A stretch of 64,000 bases of DNA from Polyangiales bacterium (GCA_038231275.1 JBBRLQ010000022.1:32001-96000); one strand, 5' to 3'; positions 1 through 9,955 are shown, counted from the first letter of the stretch. Made by a program: numbers and translations. The notes: generated from the sequence alone by a model not told the origin.

Positions 1-70
1 TTCGGCCGCAACGGCGGCATGCCGAGTTCGGATCGTAGCCTTCGGCCTGGCACCAGGGGCAGGCCGACAT
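1..70 (-). CDS. Partial CDS (5' end) beginning with a zinc-ribbon-like double CxxC motif; runs off the window edge
   Basis: Manual translation from the ATG at 70 gives MSACPWCQAEGYDPNSACRRCGR, open to the window edge. Not in the ORF track. Confidence 0.5.
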   Translation of the reverse strand, partial: MSACPWCQAEGYDPNSACRRCGR

Positions 71-185
71 TGTGTGGATGATAGCCCAAAGGTCTCGCCG
101 TCCGCTCAACTCTCTCTGGGGGTTCGGAGGCGCAGATTTCTTGCCCGGCGGGCATCGAACTAGTGCTACGTCCTCCCACACGCCC

Positions 186-698
186 ATGCGCATCTACAGC
201 TCCAAGGTCCCGACGATCGCGCAAGAGATCACGCGCACGCTCCTCGCCGCGAACGACATCGAGTCGGCGTCACCGAAGGAGGTCGAAGCGGACGTGGCGG
301 CGGTCCTGAACAGCTACCTCGCGACCGACAAAGAGGTCACCGAGGCGACGAAGGATCTCCTCGAGCGGACCAACCGATCGCAGAGCGAGTTCAGCCGCGT
401 CAAATCGCAGATCGCCGAGACCAAAGGCATCAAGACGGGCGAGGACACGCTCGACTACTTGCTGGACCAGATCGTCGAGATCTTCAATCACTCGGCGAAC
501 GTCGACGAGATCTTCGCGCAGGACCACGAGCTGCGCCGCAAGATGGCCCCCATCTTCAAGAAGCACATGCTCATGGACGAGGCGCTCGACAACGAGGTGC
601 GCGCGCAGCTGAAGCACGTGACCGAGGGCTCGCGCACGTGGGACATCGAGTACGCGCGCGTGATGGAGCAAGTGAAGCAGAAGCGCGGCGTGCGCTGA
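186..698 (+). CDS. DUF507-family protein
   Basis: Starts MRIYSSKVPTIAQEI (ATG at 186). It contains a EIFAQDHELRRKM segment and the C-terminal EGSRTWDIEYARVMEQVKQKRG typical of deltaproteobacterial DUF507 proteins. Confidence 0.7.
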   Translation: MRIYSSKVPTIAQEITRTLLAANDIESASPKEVEADVAAVLNSYLATDKEVTEATKDLLERTNRSQSEFSRVKSQIAETKGIKTGEDTLDYLLDQIVEIFNHSANVDEIFAQDHELRRKMAPIFKKHMLMDEALDNEVRAQLKHVTEGSRTWDIEYARVMEQVKQKRGVR

Positions 699-741
699 CT
701 CGCCGCGCGACGGCTCGAATCTCGACCAAGGAGGTTCCCTC

Positions 742-1614
742 TTGCGAAGCATGACGGGATTCGGGGCGGCCGCGGCGCCGCTCGTGCACGGGAGGCTCGT
801 CGTCGAGATCCGCGCGACGAATCACCGCTTCGTGGACGTCCGCGTGAAGCTCCCCCACGCGCTCGTCGAGCTCGCGACCTTCGCGGAGGCGGCGCTGCGT
901 GAGCGCGTGTCGCGAGGGCGGTTCGATCTGAGCGCGCACCTCGATGGCGCGGCCCTCGCGGCGCCGGTGCTCGACAAGGAACGCGCGCGCTCGGCGTTCC
1001 GCGCGCTGACGGAGCTGCGCGACGAGCTCGCCCCGGGGCAGGAGGTTCCGCTGTCGCTCCTCGCGAGCGTCCCCGGGATCTTCGCGCCTCCGCTGGAGGG
1101 TCACCTCGACGAAGCGAAGGTCGCGGTCCGCGGGGCGATCGCGGGCGCGCTGGCGGCGCTGGACGCGATGCGCGACGAGGAAGGCGCGAACCTGGGGCGC
1201 GACATGCAGGCGCGCCTCCAAGCGGTCCGCACGTCGCTCGAGATCGTTCGCGCGCGGATGCCCGACCTCGCGATCCAGCACAAACGCCGCCTCCTCGAGC
1301 GCGTCGAGCGCCTGTCCCTCACCGGGGAGCTTGGCGCCGACGGGCCGCGGGTCGAGCAGGAGATCGCACTTTTCGCCGACCGCGTCGACGTCTCCGAGGA
1401 GCTGACGCGCATGGGCAGCCACCTCGATCAGGCGTCCTCGCTCCTCGGACGCGCCGAGCCGGTGGGGAGGCGCGTCGATTTTCTCCTCCAGGAGATGACC
1501 CGCGAGTCGAACACCATCGGCGCGAAATCGCCGGACGCCGCCGTCTCGCACGCCGTTGTCGAGATCAAGGCGGAGATCGAACGGATGCGCGAGCAGGTGC
1601 AAAACGTCGAGTAA
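742..1614 (+). CDS. yicC: YicC/YloC-family endoribonuclease
   Basis: N-terminal SMTGFG, NHRF, DVSEELTR, GRRVDFLLQEMTRESNTIGAKS and C-terminal REQVQNVE. AAGGAGG RBS before the TTG start; adjacent to gmk. Confidence 0.93.
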   Translation: MRSMTGFGAAAAPLVHGRLVVEIRATNHRFVDVRVKLPHALVELATFAEAALRERVSRGRFDLSAHLDGAALAAPVLDKERARSAFRALTELRDELAPGQEVPLSLLASVPGIFAPPLEGHLDEAKVAVRGAIAGALAALDAMRDEEGANLGRDMQARLQAVRTSLEIVRARMPDLAIQHKRRLLERVERLSLTGELGADGPRVEQEIALFADRVDVSEELTRMGSHLDQASSLLGRAEPVGRRVDFLLQEMTRESNTIGAKSPDAAVSHAVVEIKAEIERMREQVQNVE

Positions 1615-1644
1615 TGTGGAAGTCTTCGTGGTCCCGGCAGCGCC

Positions 1645-2265
1645 ATGGACAACGACTTCGTGCTCCTCATCCTGTCGTCGCCGAGCGGCGCCGGGAAGAC
1701 CACCCTCACGCGGAAGCTGCTCGAGAGCTTCCCGGAGCTGCGCTTCAGCGTCTCGCACACGACGAGGTCCCCGCGCGCCAACGAGGTCGACGCGCGCGAC
1801 TACCACTTCACCGACCGCCGCGGCTTCGAGGCGATGGTCGAGAAGGGCGCGTTCCTGGAGTGGGCCGAGGTCCACGGGAATCTGTACGGCACCTCCCTCG
1901 CCGAGATCGATCGCGCGAAGGCCGACGGCTGCCGCGGGATGATCTTCGACATCGACTACCAAGGCGCGCGCCAGATCCGCGCCAAGCTGCCCGACGTCAC
2001 CGGCGTCTTCATCCTGCCTCCGTCGATGCAGGAGCTGGAGCGCCGCCTCCGCGGACGCGCCAGCGAGACCGAGGAGGTCGTGCAGCGCCGCTTCGCCGTC
2101 GCCAAGCTCGAGATCGAGCACTACGCGTTCTTCGACTACGTCATCGTGAACGACGCGGTCGAAAAGGCGTTCGATCAACTGAGGGCCGTCATCCTCGCCG
2201 AGCGCGCCAAGAGGACGCGCCGCGCGAGCCTCGCCGAAGCGCTCCTCCGCGAACGAAAAGCCTAA
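1645..2265 (+). CDS. gmk: Guanylate kinase
   Basis: P-loop SSPSGAGKTT, SVSHTTRSPR, EWAEVHGNLYGT, DIDYQGA, FILPPS. Confidence 0.97.
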   Translation: MDNDFVLLILSSPSGAGKTTLTRKLLESFPELRFSVSHTTRSPRANEVDARDYHFTDRRGFEAMVEKGAFLEWAEVHGNLYGTSLAEIDRAKADGCRGMIFDIDYQGARQIRAKLPDVTGVFILPPSMQELERRLRGRASETEEVVQRRFAVAKLEIEHYAFFDYVIVNDAVEKAFDQLRAVILAERAKRTRRASLAEALLRERKA

Positions 2266-2283
2266 AAACGTAGGACGGAACAT

Positions 2284-3141
2284 ATGCAATCTGCACGCTT
2301 CACGCTCGCCGTCATCGGCGGCAGCGGCCTCTACGACATGGACGGCCTCACGGGGGTCGAGGAGATCACGGTCGAGACGCCGTTCGGTCCGCCCTCCGAC
2401 AAAATCGTCCGCGGGCACCAGGGCGACACGACGCTCCTCTTCTTGCCGCGCCACGGACGCGGCCACAAAGTCGCTCCCCATGAGATCAACTACCGCGCGA
2501 ACATCTGCGCGCTGAAGATGAGCGGCGCGACGCACCTCGTCAGCGTGAGCGCCGTCGGCTCGATGAAGGAGGCGATCCCGCCGGGCGATCTCGTCGTCCC
2601 CGATCAGTTCATCGATCTGACGAAGAAGCGCACGACCACGTACTTCGAGGACGGCATCGTCGGCCACGTGGTCTTCGCCGATCCCGTGTGCCCGCTCATG
2701 GCCGGCGCGCTCGGCGACGCGGCGTCGAAGGCGGGCGGCAAGGTCCATCGCGGCGGCACGTACGTGGTGATGGACGGCCCGCAGTTCTCGACGCGCGCGG
2801 AGAGCCTCCTCTACCGCTCGTGGGGCGTGTCGGTCATCGGCATGACCGCGATGCCCGAGGCAAAGCTCGCCCGTGAGGCCGAGCTTCCGTACGCCACCCT
2901 CGCCCTCTCGACGGATTACGACTGCTGGCACGAGAGCGAAGAGGCCGTCAGCGTCGAGGCGGTGATGGCGGTCATGAAGAAGAACGTCGTCGTGGCGCGA
3001 GGGACGATCGGAGAGCTCGCGAAGGCGCTGCCCGATCCGGCGAAGAGCCCGGCGACCGGCGCGCTCCGCGGCGCGATCATGACGGCGCCCGACCAAATCA
3101 GCGCGGCGGCCAAGAAGCGCCTCGCCTGGCTGCTCGGATAG
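2284..3141 (+). CDS. mtnP: S-methyl-5'-thioadenosine phosphorylase
   Basis: IGGSGLY, PRHGRGH, NYRANI, GPQFSTRAES, VIGMT, EAKLAREAEL, TDYDCW motifs. Confidence 0.93.
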   Translation: MQSARFTLAVIGGSGLYDMDGLTGVEEITVETPFGPPSDKIVRGHQGDTTLLFLPRHGRGHKVAPHEINYRANICALKMSGATHLVSVSAVGSMKEAIPPGDLVVPDQFIDLTKKRTTTYFEDGIVGHVVFADPVCPLMAGALGDAASKAGGKVHRGGTYVVMDGPQFSTRAESLLYRSWGVSVIGMTAMPEAKLAREAELPYATLALSTDYDCWHESEEAVSVEAVMAVMKKNVVVARGTIGELAKALPDPAKSPATGALRGAIMTAPDQISAAAKKRLAWLLG

Positions 3142-3236
3142 CGCGAGGTCGCGAAGAAGCCTCCCCGGAGGACGCCGATTTAGGGCGATTTTCGTGTGAT
3201 TTTCGCCGGCGTTCGCAATATGGTTCGCGCTCGCAA

Positions 3237-4193
3237 ATGTCGTCCCCCTCGTCGCCTCGTAAGCCCGAGCCCCTGCTCGTCGTCGGATCGCTCGCGTTCG
3301 ACGATCTCGAGATGCCCTCCGGCACGTTCAAGGACGTGCTCGGCGGCGCCGCCACCTACTCGTCGCTCGCCGCGTCGCTGATCGGCGCGCACGTCCGCTT
3401 GGTCGGCGTCGTCGGCACCGATTTCGACGAGGCGCACCTCGAGCGCCTCCGCAAGCGCGGCTGCGACACGCTCGGCGTCGAGCGGGCCGAGGGCAAGACG
3501 TTCCGCTGGCACGGCCGCTACGCCAACGACTTGATGAGCCGCACCACGCTCGACACGCAGCTCAACGTCTTCGCCGATTTCCGGCCGAAGATCCCGGCGG
3601 CGTACAAGAGCTCGCCGTACGTGCTCCTCGGCAACATCCACCCGACGCTCCAAGTGAGCGTCCTCGATCAGGTCGACAAACCGAAGCTGGTGGCCGCCGA
3701 CACGATGAACTTCTGGATCCACGGCGAGCCCAAGGCCCTGGCCGAGATGCTGAAGCGCATCGATCTCCTCATCATCAACGACGAGGAGGCCCGCGACCTC
3801 TCGGGCATCCACAACCTCGTCAAGGCGGCCGCCGACGTCAAAAAGCGCGGCCCCTCCAAGCTGATCATCAAGCGCGGCGAGCACGGGGCGCTCCTCTTCG
3901 ACGACGGAGGCGTCTCGTTCGTCCCCGCCTACCCGCTCGACGACGTGAAAGACCCGACCGGCGCCGGCGACTCGTTCGCAGGCGGCCTGATGGGGTACAT
4001 CGCCCGTTACGGCCTGGAATCACCGCACGCGCTGCGGCGCGCGATGTACTTCGCGTCGGCGCTCGGGTCGTTCTGCGTGGAGGACATCGGCCCCGCCCGC
4101 CTCGCGGCGATCACCAAGGCCGACCTGGCCCGGCGCATCGACGCGTTCGCCCAGATGGTCGATCACGGCGCAAAGCTCTCGTTCGTGGACTGA
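3237..4193 (+). CDS. PfkB/ribokinase-family sugar or nucleoside kinase
   Basis: VVGSLAFD, LGGAATY, NDEEA, IIKRGEHGA and the PfkB signature DPTGAGDSFAGG. Confidence 0.9.
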   Translation: MSSPSSPRKPEPLLVVGSLAFDDLEMPSGTFKDVLGGAATYSSLAASLIGAHVRLVGVVGTDFDEAHLERLRKRGCDTLGVERAEGKTFRWHGRYANDLMSRTTLDTQLNVFADFRPKIPAAYKSSPYVLLGNIHPTLQVSVLDQVDKPKLVAADTMNFWIHGEPKALAEMLKRIDLLIINDEEARDLSGIHNLVKAAADVKKRGPSKLIIKRGEHGALLFDDGGVSFVPAYPLDDVKDPTGAGDSFAGGLMGYIARYGLESPHALRRAMYFASALGSFCVEDIGPARLAAITKADLARRIDAFAQMVDHGAKLSFVD

Positions 4194-4254
4194 GCGTGGT
4201 AGGGTCTTTCAGGTCGTAGAGTAGTTCTTGGAGTCATCGAGGAGGCTTTCGTCC

Positions 4255-5469
4255 ATGCGCGTGACGGGCTTGGCGAAGTTTGGGGCGAAGTTCGGCGTGG
4301 CTGCGGTCATCGGCGGCGTTGCGGTCGTCAGCGCGTCACTCGGCGCGTGCGAGGATGAGCATCGGCGATCGACGGCGACCGTGGGCTGCCTCGGCACGTG
4401 CTGCGCGGGACCGGGCGAGTTCCCGGCCTCCGACTGCGATCCGTCGAGCAACGCGTGCGTGCAAGACACCGCAGGCGCCTGCGCGATCGACAACACGAAG
4501 TGCGGCGCGGGCTCGTGCCTTCCGCTGGCCAGCAACTCCGGAAACGTGCTCGATTTCCGCTTTCGTCGTCTGAACATCATCAGTCCCCCGTCGCTTACCT
4601 ACTCGGTGAACCCGACGCTCCAGACCGCCGTGATCGACTCGGCAGTCGACCTGAAGGCCAAGCAATGCGGCGAGGTCGGCAAGGGGACGTTCAGCTGGCT
4701 CCTCCGAATCGACAAGGCCGCGAAGACGCTCACGACGGGCGGCGCGCCTCCCTCGACCGATCCGTTCAACGCCGGTTACTGCTTCTACAACCACACCGTG
4801 AACGTCGGCGGGACGCCCATCGCGGTGAAACAGGTCACGGTCGGCCTCGACCCGAGCAGCACCGACACGGTCTTCACGTCGCTGTCGATCCCGAAGCTCT
4901 TCGTACCGATCTTCCTCGACGCGACCGGCAGCTCGGTCATCATCCTCCCGCTCTCGAACCCGGTGATCAAGAACCTGACGGTGAGCGACAACGGCAACTG
5001 CGTCGGCTCCCTCAACACCGTCGCCCTCGCCAAGGACTGCACCGACGTCTTCAGCGACTGCTCCAAGTGGCATACCGCCGGATCGCTCGGCGGGTACATG
5101 TCGCTCGAGGAGGCGGACACCGTCTTCATCAAGGAGCTGAACCAGTCGCTCTGCGTCGTGCTCACCCAAGCCGCGCCGCTGACGAAATGCGCGCGCGATC
5201 CGGCCGGCAAGGTGTCCGCAAAGGGTGACTTCTGCTCCACCACAGGCAAGCCCGGCGGCTGCCAGGACAGCTTCTGGCTGTCGGCGACGTTCGCGGCCTC
5301 TGCGATCAAGATCAACGACGGCTCGACGACCGCGACATGCCAAGGCGGCGCCGACGTCGACGCGGGAACCGACAGCGGCTCCGACACCGGCAGCGGCGGG
5401 GACACCGGATCCGACACCGGCGCGGACGCGGGCTCCGACGCGCCTGCCGACGCCTCCGACGCCGGCTAA
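4255..5469 (+). CDS. Cys-rich putative lipoprotein with C-terminal Asp/Gly/Ser-rich tail
   Basis: GAGGAGG RBS before the ATG at 4255, a signal peptide ending LGAC, many Cys, and a DAGTDSGSDTG...DAG tail typical of Polyangiales secreted proteins. Confidence 0.75.
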   Translation: MRVTGLAKFGAKFGVAAVIGGVAVVSASLGACEDEHRRSTATVGCLGTCCAGPGEFPASDCDPSSNACVQDTAGACAIDNTKCGAGSCLPLASNSGNVLDFRFRRLNIISPPSLTYSVNPTLQTAVIDSAVDLKAKQCGEVGKGTFSWLLRIDKAAKTLTTGGAPPSTDPFNAGYCFYNHTVNVGGTPIAVKQVTVGLDPSSTDTVFTSLSIPKLFVPIFLDATGSSVIILPLSNPVIKNLTVSDNGNCVGSLNTVALAKDCTDVFSDCSKWHTAGSLGGYMSLEEADTVFIKELNQSLCVVLTQAAPLTKCARDPAGKVSAKGDFCSTTGKPGGCQDSFWLSATFAASAIKINDGSTTATCQGGADVDAGTDSGSDTGSGGDTGSDTGADAGSDAPADASDAG

Positions 5470-5698
5470 GCGTTCCGAGACTCGTTCGAGGCGACCTCGC
5501 GCAGCCGTCGTAGGGCGCGTGGTCCGCGGCGCGATCCTGTCCGAACCGCGTCTCGGGCCTATTGACGCAGCCGTTTTCGCGCTGCGTTACACGTGTTTTG
5601 TGTACAGTTCCCGCGGCGGGCGGCGTGCCCCCGTGTCAGACTTTGGGCGTTTTCCGTGGACCCGGTTGGGGCCGGGGAACGCGGAAGTTGGAGGTCTC

Positions 5699-8600
5699 AT
5701 GCTTCGTTGGTGGCGGCATGCTTTCGCGATCTTGGTCGTGCTCCTGGTCGCCTCGTGCAGCGGCGGCGGGTGCTCGAGCGGCTGCTCGGGATGCGGGACG
5801 ACTCCCCTGCCCGGCGGCTTCCAGAAAGCCAACGCCATCGACAACGCCGCCGCCGTCCGCGTGACGCGCAGCGGCCTCGATTTCCTCGCGGCGAACATCC
5901 CCACCGTCGCGTCGCAGGTCATCAAGGCGAACAACGGCGTCGTCACCTTCGAGATCCCGAAGTCGACGTCGCACCAGACGTTCATCGGCATCGGCGTCGA
6001 CATCGTCATCTGCCGCAACGGCCCCAACGCGAACAACAACCCGCCGGAGTGCATCGCCGAGATCAACATCAAGGGCATGAAGCTCCACATGGACGCGATC
6101 ACGCCGCACTCCATCAAGGTCACCGGGACGGTGCCCGTGCGCCTGCAAGACCTCCCGATGAACGCCAGCGTGATCGGTGACTTCGAGGTCGGGCTCGGCA
6201 ACGGCGGCTGCAACGGCGGTACCCCCAAGTTCGACTACAAGGAGTTCCCCGTCGACATCGAGATCCCGCTCATCAAAGAGACGCGTGCGCCGCGCGACGG
6301 GTACACGAAGATCGACGGCGACAACGCGATCATCAACGTCGACATCCAAAAGGGCGACGTCTCGATTTGCAAGGACTGCGGCATCATCAGCCCGGTCTGC
6401 GACGCGGTCCTCAACTTCGTGAAGGACCTCGCGTTCAACACGCTGATCGGCGGCGTCACCGGCCAGCTGAAGAGCGCGATCAAGTCCGCGTTCTGCACCA
6501 AGGCCAACACGGCGCTGAACCCGTCGTGCCCGCCTGGCAGCCACGACGACGCGGCGGGAGACGGCGGCGTCGACGCGGGCGCCGGTGGCACCTGCGTGTA
6601 CGACGATCCGGCGGCGAAGGGCGCGTGCGTGCCGATGGAGCTCGGGACCGACGGCCACATGGACCTCGGCGCGGCGCTTCAGAGCTTCTCGCCCGGTACC
6701 GCGGGCGGCCTCGATTTCGGGCTCGCCGCAGGCGGCGACATGGACCCCGCGCCGCGCAAGCCCGCGGATGACGTCGGCTACAAAGGGCACACGCCGAACG
6801 GGATGACCCTGGGGTTCCTCGGCGGCACGCTCCCGCAGCCGCAGTCGGCGTGCGTCCCAAAGGCCGACAACCCGATCCCGACGGGCATCCCGGTGCCGGA
6901 CGAGATGGTGCAGGACACGCAGACCCCGTGGCCGGCGACCGATCCCACCGGGCCGCACCTCGGCATCGCGCTCGCGGGGCGCTTCTTGAACCACGCGCTC
7001 GGCTCCGCCTACAACAGCGGCGTCTTGTGCCTCGGCGTGTCGACCGAGCAGGTCGCGCAGTTGAACAGCGGACTCTTGAGCGCGCTGATTCCATCGCTCA
7101 AGAAGCTCACCTTCGAGAAGACGGGCGCCCCTGTCGCGATCGCGACGCGCCCGCAGCAGCCGCCAACCATCACCATCGGCGGCGGGACCGACATAAAGAA
7201 GGACCCGCTGCTCCTCATCCTGATCCCCAAGTTCAACATCGATTTTTACGTATGGAGCGACGATCGCTTCATTCGCACGTTCACGATGACGGCGGATTTG
7301 ACGGTGCCGATGAATTTGCAGACCGGCAAGGATCCCAAGAAAAACCCGAATGGCGGCCTCCTGCCGGTGCTGGGCGACATCGGGCTCCAGAACGCCAAAG
7401 TCACCAACGCCGAAGAGATGCTGACCGACGATCCCGCGCTCATCGGCGCCGCGCTCTCGTCGATCATCCAGGGCTTCGCCGGGCAGGCGCTCGGCGGCGG
7501 GCTCAAGCCGATCGATCTCTCGAGCTCGCTCAAGTCGCTCGGCCTCGCGCTCACGATCCCCGACGGCGGGATCCGAAAGCTCCACAAGGGCACCGACGAC
7601 TTCCTCGCCATCTTCGCGGACCTCGGCACGCAGCCGCCGGCCGCGATCGTCGAAGCGGACACGACGGCGCGCCTCGTCGGCAAGATCGTGCACGCGGAGG
7701 CGATGGGCCTCACGACCGCCAACGATACGAAGCTGCCGGAACTGCACCTCACGCTCGGCTCGTCGGCGGCCAACGTCGAGTACACGTGGTGGATCGACGA
7801 AGGCACGCACAGCGCGTGGTCGCGTGAGACGGATCTGACGATCAAGGATCGCTACCTGTTCCTCCAGGGCAAGCATGTGCTGAACGTGTCGTCGCGCGTG
7901 ATCGGGCTGCCCGACACCGAGGACGCCACGCCCGCGGAGGTGCCGTTCACGATCGACACGCTCGCGCCGTACGTGAAGGTGACGCGCGGCAAGACCGAGG
8001 GCACGGCGACCCTCGACGCGTGGGACATCGTCTCGCCGACGTCCGCGCTGCGCGGGCGATTGCGCACGACCGACGCGCTCGGCAAGGTCTCTTCGTGGAG
8101 CGACTGGCGGCCGTTCGCCGAGCTTGTCGACCTGAACGCGCCCGGCGCGCACGCGGTCGACGTCGAGGTCGCGGACGAAGAGGGCAACGTCGGCAGCATC
8201 TCGCAAGGCCTCATTCGTGGTCACGGCGACACGACGCTCGGCGCCGGCGGCTCCGGCTGCGGGTGCAGCACGCCGGGCACTGCGCCTCGACTCGAGTCGG
8301 CCGCCGCGCTCGCGCTGCTCGGCGCGTTCACGTTCCTCCTGATGCGTCGGCGGCGTCGCGTTCACCCCGGCCTCGTCGGCTTGGGCGCCATTTGCGTCGT
8401 CGCCGCGACCACCGAGGGCTGCGCGTGCGGAAGCGGCGACGGCGGCGACGACGGCAAGACGCACTGCGGCCCCGACTGCAACACCAAGTGCCAGGACCCG
8501 CTGCCCGTCGGCCTCGTCGGCGCGTACACCTCCGTCGCGAAGGCGAAGGACGGCAGCGTCTGGGTCGCCGGGTACAACGAAGAGTACGCGGCACCCACCG

Positions 8601-9925
8601 GCGAGCCTTCGCTGTACGGCGATCTCGTCGTCGGCAAATACGACAAGGGCAAGCAGCTCGTCTCGTGGATCACGATCGACGGTCTCCCCGCCCCGCGCAC
8701 CGACAACACCTGCCCCGACAGCGATCCGCACAGCTGGCGCGGCGGCGAGTCGGAGCCGGCCGACGACGTCGGGCTCTGGACCACCACCGTCTTGAACGGT
8801 GACGACAATCCGATGGTCGCGTACTTCGACGCGACGCACAGGGCGCTGAAATTCGCGTCGTGCGGCGGTGGGTGCGACGATCCCCACAACTGGTCGTCGC
8901 ACGTAGTCTCGCAGAAGGCCGGGAGCGACATCGGTCGCTACGCGAAGATGCTCCTCGTGAGCGGCAACCCCGTCATCGCCCACCTCGTGATGGAACCGGG
9001 CAACGCCGGCAAGATTCGCACGAAGGTCGTCCTCGCGCGCGCGACGAACGGGTCACCCAAGGCGACCACCGACTGGACGATGGAGACGGTGACCGCCGAC
9101 GAGAACGGCCCCTGCCGCGCCAGCCTGTGCGCGAGCGATCAGGTGTGCGTGAAGGACACCGGCGCGTGCCAGGCCAAAATCTCGGGCTGCACGCCGGCCG
9201 ACTGCGGCACCGGCAGCGCGTGCGTCACCATCGCGAGCAAGGCGACGTGCAGCACCGTCATCGGCGACGCCAGCGGCGAGAGCTACCCTAACGCGATCGG
9301 CGACTACATCAGCGTCGCGCAGGGGCCGACCGGCCTCGGCATCGTGGTGTACGACCGCATCCACGGAAACTTGCTCGGCATGCACAGCGAAGGTGGCGGG
9401 TGGAAGACGTCGATCCTCGACGGCGAGACCGGCACGCGCGGCAAAGACGCGAAGGACACCGGGGACGACGGCATCGGCGCGTCGCTGTTCATCGACAGCA
9501 AGAACCAGTGGCACGTCACCTACGTCAACGGCATCACCGAGACGCTCAACTACCTCGTGGCGCCTGGCGGAGCGAGCCCCAAGCCCGAGCCGATCGACGA
9601 CGGCGACGGCACGAAGGTCGACGGCAAGGCGTTCGCGGACGGAAAGCACGTCGTGGGCGACGACTCGTACGTCACCGCGGACGACAGCGGCAACGTCACC
9701 GTCATGTACCAGGACGCGACGGTGGGCACGCTTCGCGTGGCGAACGGCGCTCCCCAAGGCGGCGGCGCGCACAAGTGGACGATCAAGGTCGTGAGCCAGC
9801 CGAACAAGTTCGCCGGATTTTTCCCGCACCCCATCCCCGGCCAGCCGGACATCGCCAACTGGTTCCGCAGCATCGATCCGGCGACGAAAGAAACCACCGG
9901 CGACGTGGCGTTCATCACGCCCTGA
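5699..9925 (+). CDS. Large (1408 aa) Cys-rich lipoprotein with a BPI/LBP-like N-terminal half, an internal MYXO-CTERM-like segment and a probable beta-propeller C-terminal half
   Basis: GGAGG RBS and ATG at 5699, lipobox LLVASC. Internal GCGCS...AAALALLGAFTFLLMRRRRR at 8255-8359. Repeats in the C-terminal half (VGAYTSVA, VGLWTTTV, IGRYAKML, IGDYISVA, DGIGASLF, VGDDSYVT) suggest propeller blades. Confidence 0.8.
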   Translation: MLRWWRHAFAILVVLLVASCSGGGCSSGCSGCGTTPLPGGFQKANAIDNAAAVRVTRSGLDFLAANIPTVASQVIKANNGVVTFEIPKSTSHQTFIGIGVDIVICRNGPNANNNPPECIAEINIKGMKLHMDAITPHSIKVTGTVPVRLQDLPMNASVIGDFEVGLGNGGCNGGTPKFDYKEFPVDIEIPLIKETRAPRDGYTKIDGDNAIINVDIQKGDVSICKDCGIISPVCDAVLNFVKDLAFNTLIGGVTGQLKSAIKSAFCTKANTALNPSCPPGSHDDAAGDGGVDAGAGGTCVYDDPAAKGACVPMELGTDGHMDLGAALQSFSPGTAGGLDFGLAAGGDMDPAPRKPADDVGYKGHTPNGMTLGFLGGTLPQPQSACVPKADNPIPTGIPVPDEMVQDTQTPWPATDPTGPHLGIALAGRFLNHALGSAYNSGVLCLGVSTEQVAQLNSGLLSALIPSLKKLTFEKTGAPVAIATRPQQPPTITIGGGTDIKKDPLLLILIPKFNIDFYVWSDDRFIRTFTMTADLTVPMNLQTGKDPKKNPNGGLLPVLGDIGLQNAKVTNAEEMLTDDPALIGAALSSIIQGFAGQALGGGLKPIDLSSSLKSLGLALTIPDGGIRKLHKGTDDFLAIFADLGTQPPAAIVEADTTARLVGKIVHAEAMGLTTANDTKLPELHLTLGSSAANVEYTWWIDEGTHSAWSRETDLTIKDRYLFLQGKHVLNVSSRVIGLPDTEDATPAEVPFTIDTLAPYVKVTRGKTEGTATLDAWDIVSPTSALRGRLRTTDALGKVSSWSDWRPFAELVDLNAPGAHAVDVEVADEEGNVGSISQGLIRGHGDTTLGAGGSGCGCSTPGTAPRLESAAALALLGAFTFLLMRRRRRVHPGLVGLGAICVVAATTEGCACGSGDGGDDGKTHCGPDCNTKCQDPLPVGLVGAYTSVAKAKDGSVWVAGYNEEYAAPTGEPSLYGDLVVGKYDKGKQLVSWITIDGLPAPRTDNTCPDSDPHSWRGGESEPADDVGLWTTTVLNGDDNPMVAYFDATHRALKFASCGGGCDDPHNWSSHVVSQKAGSDIGRYAKMLLVSGNPVIAHLVMEPGNAGKIRTKVVLARATNGSPKATTDWTMETVTADENGPCRASLCASDQVCVKDTGACQAKISGCTPADCGTGSACVTIASKATCSTVIGDASGESYPNAIGDYISVAQGPTGLGIVVYDRIHGNLLGMHSEGGGWKTSILDGETGTRGKDAKDTGDDGIGASLFIDSKNQWHVTYVNGITETLNYLVAPGGASPKPEPIDDGDGTKVDGKAFADGKHVVGDDSYVTADDSGNVTVMYQDATVGTLRVANGAPQGGGAHKWTIKVVSQPNKFAGFFPHPIPGQPDIANWFRSIDPATKETTGDVAFITP

Positions 9926-9955
9926 GCAGTCTCGAGCTCCCGCCCGAGAAGGAGC

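Noticed and set aside
5344..5466. DAG/DSG/DTG low-complexity repeats (also at 31370-31510 and 32450-32580)
   Set aside because: These are ordinary acidic linkers of Polyangiales exported proteins, not a separate DNA element.
5225..5698. N-terminal 158-aa extension of the large lipoprotein ORF
   Set aside because: It overlaps the previous gene in another frame and is Arg/Pro junk. The RBS and signal peptide indicate a start at 5699.
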